Assembly (NCBI GenBank): GCA_010015585.1
Contig: ML975171.1
From: Eremomyces bilateralis CBS 781.70
Lineage: Eukaryota
Strand: one strand, 5' to 3'
Length of the DNA: 64,000 nucleotides
Shown one piece after another: positions 59,898-64,000 of this stretch. A program made the translations under genes and the position numbers. The stretch's first letter is position 1. Each line of letters starts with the position of its first letter. Below the pieces are notes generated by a model. That model was given only the letters and a program-made list of their open reading frames with translations, was not told where the DNA came from and ran no database searches.

Positions 59898-61286
59898 TCA
59901 ATCGCGGTTCCTGTTTGGAGTCCACCGCTTGATGCAGAACTCTCTGACTTTGTACTGCCTGAGCAACCCGCCGACATCTCTATGCTCTTGGAATTCCTTT
60001 ATCACAGAAGGCTCAGGGACCTCCACGTAGGTGAGCACAAGCGTCTTGAACACATGGCTTTGGACTCTGTTGGTGCAATGCATCCGCCACCAATCTTTCG
60101 CTCTGTATCGCTTTGAGGACTGACCGTCCTCGCTATCCCAATGGACGCCTTTGTAATTGGGAACGATGACAATGGCAAACTCAGCATGAGTGAAGACCGG
60201 ACCCTTGAGATATAGCATGTAATCGCAAGCGAACTTCAGGCCTGGACGGACGACCCATCCCAGAGACCGGAAGTGATGGTAGGTAATATATTGAAGAAGG
60301 AATGGGTCGTCCGGAGAGAGTGTCTCGATAGGAGCGGGAGGGAAGTACGAGTGAGCCCGGAAGAGATTCATAAGCGAATAAGAATCCTGAGATGCTTCCG
60401 TAGCTTCGTTAGAGGATTCTAGGCCGTTTATCGCGGCTGAAGACACGGTACTGGGGACGTTGATTCGAAGTACGCCCAGTCCGTATGCGAGGAAGAATGC
60501 TTCCTCAAGGCTTAATTGGAGGTGCTCCTGGTCCAGTACTTCAATGCTGTCGGTCTGTTCGGTACTGAGAAGGGCAGCCTCGCGGCTGCTAGGAGTCGTG
60601 GATGGTGTTGTTTGCGCTGGTCCATTGTCAACCACCTGAAGAGGCGAGGTTACATCAGCGACAGGGGAGGGTTGGATATCGACTGCATCGGTTTCTTCCT
60701 TCACTGCGGTTGCGGATTGAGACTCGTTTGTTTGGTCCGCAGACGGCTCTTCTAGTATCTCGCCTCTCTCACGGCGTAGCTGATCCTCAAGGGCTTTAAG
60801 CTGTGCTCTTTGTCGGTCCAACTTGAACTTTCTCCTCTCCTTCCTTCTTTTCCCTGTCACGATCTCGCTGGTTCCCTTGAGATAAAGGCCTCTGCGATTC
60901 TTTTCCGTCTGGAGCCACGCGGGTTCCGATCGGCTTAGAGATCCCTTGCCGAAAAACCCACACTTCCACAATGCATTAATGGTTGTGGTGGCGGTGATCT
61001 GAACTGAGCGTGTTTCCGTCGAGAAGGAACCTTCATATACAGGAGAAGGAATGGATTCTGGCGTCGTGAAGAAGTGTTTGGCTAGAACTAACAAAACATG
61101 CACAACCGACAAAGGATTGGTTGTTACTGATGGTAGAGGATGGACCTTGATTGGCAACCTTTCCGAGTAGATGAGATGCATGTTAGGGCGCCCATTTCGG
61201 CGGTCAGATGGTTTGGAAACGGGACCATATCCGAGGAAGCTCGCAAGAGTGCGCCATGCTAGAGATGCCTGGGCGATAGTCGACAT
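59898..61286 (-). CDS. SEN2: tRNA-splicing endonuclease subunit Sen2
   Basis: GFFGKGSLSRSEP, EHLQLSLEEAFFL, YHHFRSLGWVVRPGLKFACDYMLY...GPVFTHAEF and RWTPNRNRD. Confidence 0.92.
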   Translation of the reverse strand: MSTIAQASLAWRTLASFLGYGPVSKPSDRRNGRPNMHLIYSERLPIKVHPLPSVTTNPLSVVHVLLVLAKHFFTTPESIPSPVYEGSFSTETRSVQITATTTINALWKCGFFGKGSLSRSEPAWLQTEKNRRGLYLKGTSEIVTGKRRKERRKFKLDRQRAQLKALEDQLRRERGEILEEPSADQTNESQSATAVKEETDAVDIQPSPVADVTSPLQVVDNGPAQTTPSTTPSSREAALLSTEQTDSIEVLDQEHLQLSLEEAFFLAYGLGVLRINVPSTVSSAAINGLESSNEATEASQDSYSLMNLFRAHSYFPPAPIETLSPDDPFLLQYITYHHFRSLGWVVRPGLKFACDYMLYLKGPVFTHAEFAIVIVPNYKGVHWDSEDGQSSKRYRAKDWWRMHCTNRVQSHVFKTLVLTYVEVPEPSVIKEFQEHRDVGGLLRQYKVREFCIKRWTPNRNRD

Positions 61287-62276
61287 GTTGGTGGCCTCTC
61301 GCCTCTCCTAAAGAAGTTCCTGTGGCAGGTCTCGATGCTGATGATAAAAAATGTGGTATTAGAGTCCAAGTACGTGTAGCATTGTCCTCATCGATTTCAT
61401 CCAAGCTCTTCCAAGTATTCTTCAAACGGCTTGTCGAATCAACACTCAATTCAAAGTATTTGCATCGAAAGTATAACTAAACTGAGTTGGTCGTCATTGA
61501 ATTGTGCATCAAGAGAGTTCACCTGGACAGGACGGAGTCAATGAAATGAGGATTTTGTAAGGGCAATTTGACCCGGACGCTCGGACCTGCTCGCCTCCAA
61601 TTGCCCACTTTAGTGTCTCGCTGTATTACACAACATTCAATCTGGATTCACAATTGTCTGGTAAGGGCATCCTGTATTATTTCCGTGAGGGGAAGAAGGC
61701 TAGGCGGCATTTATTACCCCGGGGGAGCCAATTTCCTGGATGAGGGCCATGGCACTCAGGGGAAGACTTCGAAGTGCTTCCAGTCATCCGAACGAATCTC
61801 GTCAAAGAGGCGTGGTGAATTGCTGCTTCGTTACTTAAGCCGACAGAACACTCTAATCAAGTTCGGAGATTTAAGCAGCTAAAGCGAAGATACACCCAGC
61901 TTTGGAAATCCAGAGGGGTTGTAGCAGGCATGGGAAAGGCAGAATTGGTCAGACCATCGACCTTGTATACGACGCAATCGGCGCTTCTTATCTAAGTAAT
62001 GGCGTCCTTGGAGCTCGAGGAGTGGATGAAAGAACAAGTCATGAATTTATTGGAAGGGTTGCTTATTCGATTGGAGATTATCTTCAGGTCTTGATATATG
62101 GAAATCTGACGAACACCTTTCCCTTGCGGGTTTCGGCTGAAGCATATCCAAATCGGAATGGTATTCCATATACATGTTTACCGCGCCTTCGAAACCCCCT
62201 GTAAATGGATTTTATTATAGCAACCCGTTCCGAATGTATCCTTTCCCCCTCCTGCGTTCTGCTGGGGTGTCTCCAC

Positions 62277-63051
62277 CTACTTGTTCATCTGGTTCTCTCT
62301 GTGCTTTTGGTACAGTTGCTGGTACTCGGGCGTCGTATCCCCAATCAAATTACTCGCTAGACTCAAGCCACTCCATTTGGGGAGCCTATCATTGATATCG
62401 ACAGCCCGAGCGCCGTAGAACATATGGCACCTATGTGAGTGTTAGCCCCTCCCTGGTCCGACAGCATTGGACGGCATATACCTTGGCCTAAAGTTGGGTC
62501 TGTCTTTCTCGTCCATCTTGATCAAGGATGGGAACAAGAGGATCATGTTTCGGCCCTCGTCCATAATGGGAGTGTGGCAGAACGCGCAGCGGACTTTGCA
62601 GGGGAGTTTGTGATCGGCGGTCTTTGTGCTCGGGTCGTACCATTCGAGGTTATGGTGGCCGTGGACGAAATTGATGTCGTCCTTATGAAAGATTGCCGCC
62701 CATTGAAAGGGTGCCCCTGCATCGCTACGATTAGTTTGAGTCGCAGCTCTCGGCGGGCGAGCACTTACCGTGCTGGGTCTGGCAGGTGCTGCAATGACAG
62801 AACTTGACATCCAACGGCTTCTCTCGTGACAGTTGGTATTTCACTTCTCCACAATGGCATTCCCCCTCGTAGCGGGCAATGAAGTTCTCGCTTGGTTCAC
62901 GGGCTCGATATGGTGTCTTCTTTTTCCAGGCATTGATTCCCTCTGTGTTTTTGTCCGCTGAAATAGCATGCTGCATAGCCGTGGCCTCCGGTCGCTCGTA
63001 GTTCCCTAGCTCTAGGTGGTGGTCACTCCTGTCCGATCCTCTCGGTGCCAT
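62277..63051 (-). CDS. GFA/CENP-V (Mss4-like) family protein, three exons
   Basis: GECHCG...FCHCSTCQTQHG, APFQWAAIF, CAFCHTP and CHMFYG...DRLPKWSG. Confidence 0.88.
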
Positions 63052-64000
63052 GGTAGTAGAGAAAGTGCACTGGTTTTAGATCTGGGATGGAGCAGTACCG
63101 CGAGAGACCGAACCGAAGAAGGGGATGACGTCGGAGGGCTGAAGTAGCTAGCGGATCTGTACGGACGTAAGCCGTTTCAGGGTAGCAGTTCAGTCTGGGC
63201 AACAGTATTGAGAAAGCAAATGATTTGAAGAAAATGAAAACCTTTCGGCCATTCGAATCATATGAGCTAGATCAACCATGGTCTTGCTTTTCTGCACAGC
63301 ACACCGCGTGTCGCTGCGATGACTCCCCGCACTTCAGCAGGGCTGCAGGGGGTGAGGGCACACGCGAATGATACGACGCGAGGAATCACGCTGGCACGTG
63401 ATATCCTCCCCTAATTCCGGCCTTCCAGGTGCCCCGAATACGAGCGGGATGCTATGCTGATTCGGAGCGCCGATATTCGGTGCATGCGAAGTCCAGTGAC
63501 GGCAGCCATTGCATGCAAGGACGCAAGGAGCCTTGTTTGATACTGGAAGACAGGTCGTGGCATGACTAAGATCTACTTAGAATGTCTGTTTCAGGAATTT
63601 GAGACTGAGTCTACTGCATATTAAGGTGCTGGTGTATTTACCAGGTAAGGAGGTATGCCTGTGCTACGGCGGCCGTCCACATGAAACCACGCTCATCCAA
63701 AGTCGTAAGAATGCCCACAGTATGCTGCCGGTTATGCTGCTTTTGTAACGAATCAATATCCAGAACCCTATCTCCCCTGCAAATCCCGGTATCGCAACCT
63801 GACCGGATATCCCCTAATTGCGAGGGTTTCCACTACTGGCCACGTAGAACGATCGTATGTTCTCATTACCTCAACAGGCGCTCGGCTTCTTTGGTCGGAA
63901 GACCGAAGACATTCATCAAATAATCAAGTCTGTCATAAGCATCAGTAACAGTCGACAGCAAAGGGAGAAGGGCCGTACTTCGTATCACGCGCGACTCGTT

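Noticed and set aside
1..64000. Starship captain (DUF3435 tyrosine recombinase), DUF3723, Spok, tRNA or 5S rRNA genes
   Set aside because: No ORF or nucleotide motif recognisable as any of these was found by eye.

Overview
Filamentous-ascomycete (Pezizomycotina-type) genomic DNA with short GT-AG introns. About 1-58.5 kb looks like accessory or mobile cargo. It carries a patatin-NB-ARC-TPR NLR, two HET-domain genes, a tail-to-tail pair of HeLo-like genes with HET-s-like amyloid-type C-termini, and a divergent P450. It also carries an ADP-ribosyltransferase-like gene, probable extra copies of RPA12, casein kinase I and BCS1, an APH kinase, a PD-(D/E)xK-like gene, pseudogenes and a Myb/SANT gene. 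Two nested transposons sit inside it: a full-length Tad1-like LINE with a 13-bp TSD, and a Tc1-like element with a non-TA target duplication. The gene content resembles Starship giant-transposon cargo, but no DUF3435 captain is visible, so this is inference. Core-like genes (SEN2, a GFA/CENP-V family gene) start at about 59.9 kb. The most unusual non-coding signals are a dispersed 75-165 bp element in four same-orientation copies that divides the region into modules, a 109-bp tandem array with an inverted copy, and inverted simple-repeat brackets upstream of two possibly related orphan genes. All calls come from reading motifs by eye; no database searches were run.
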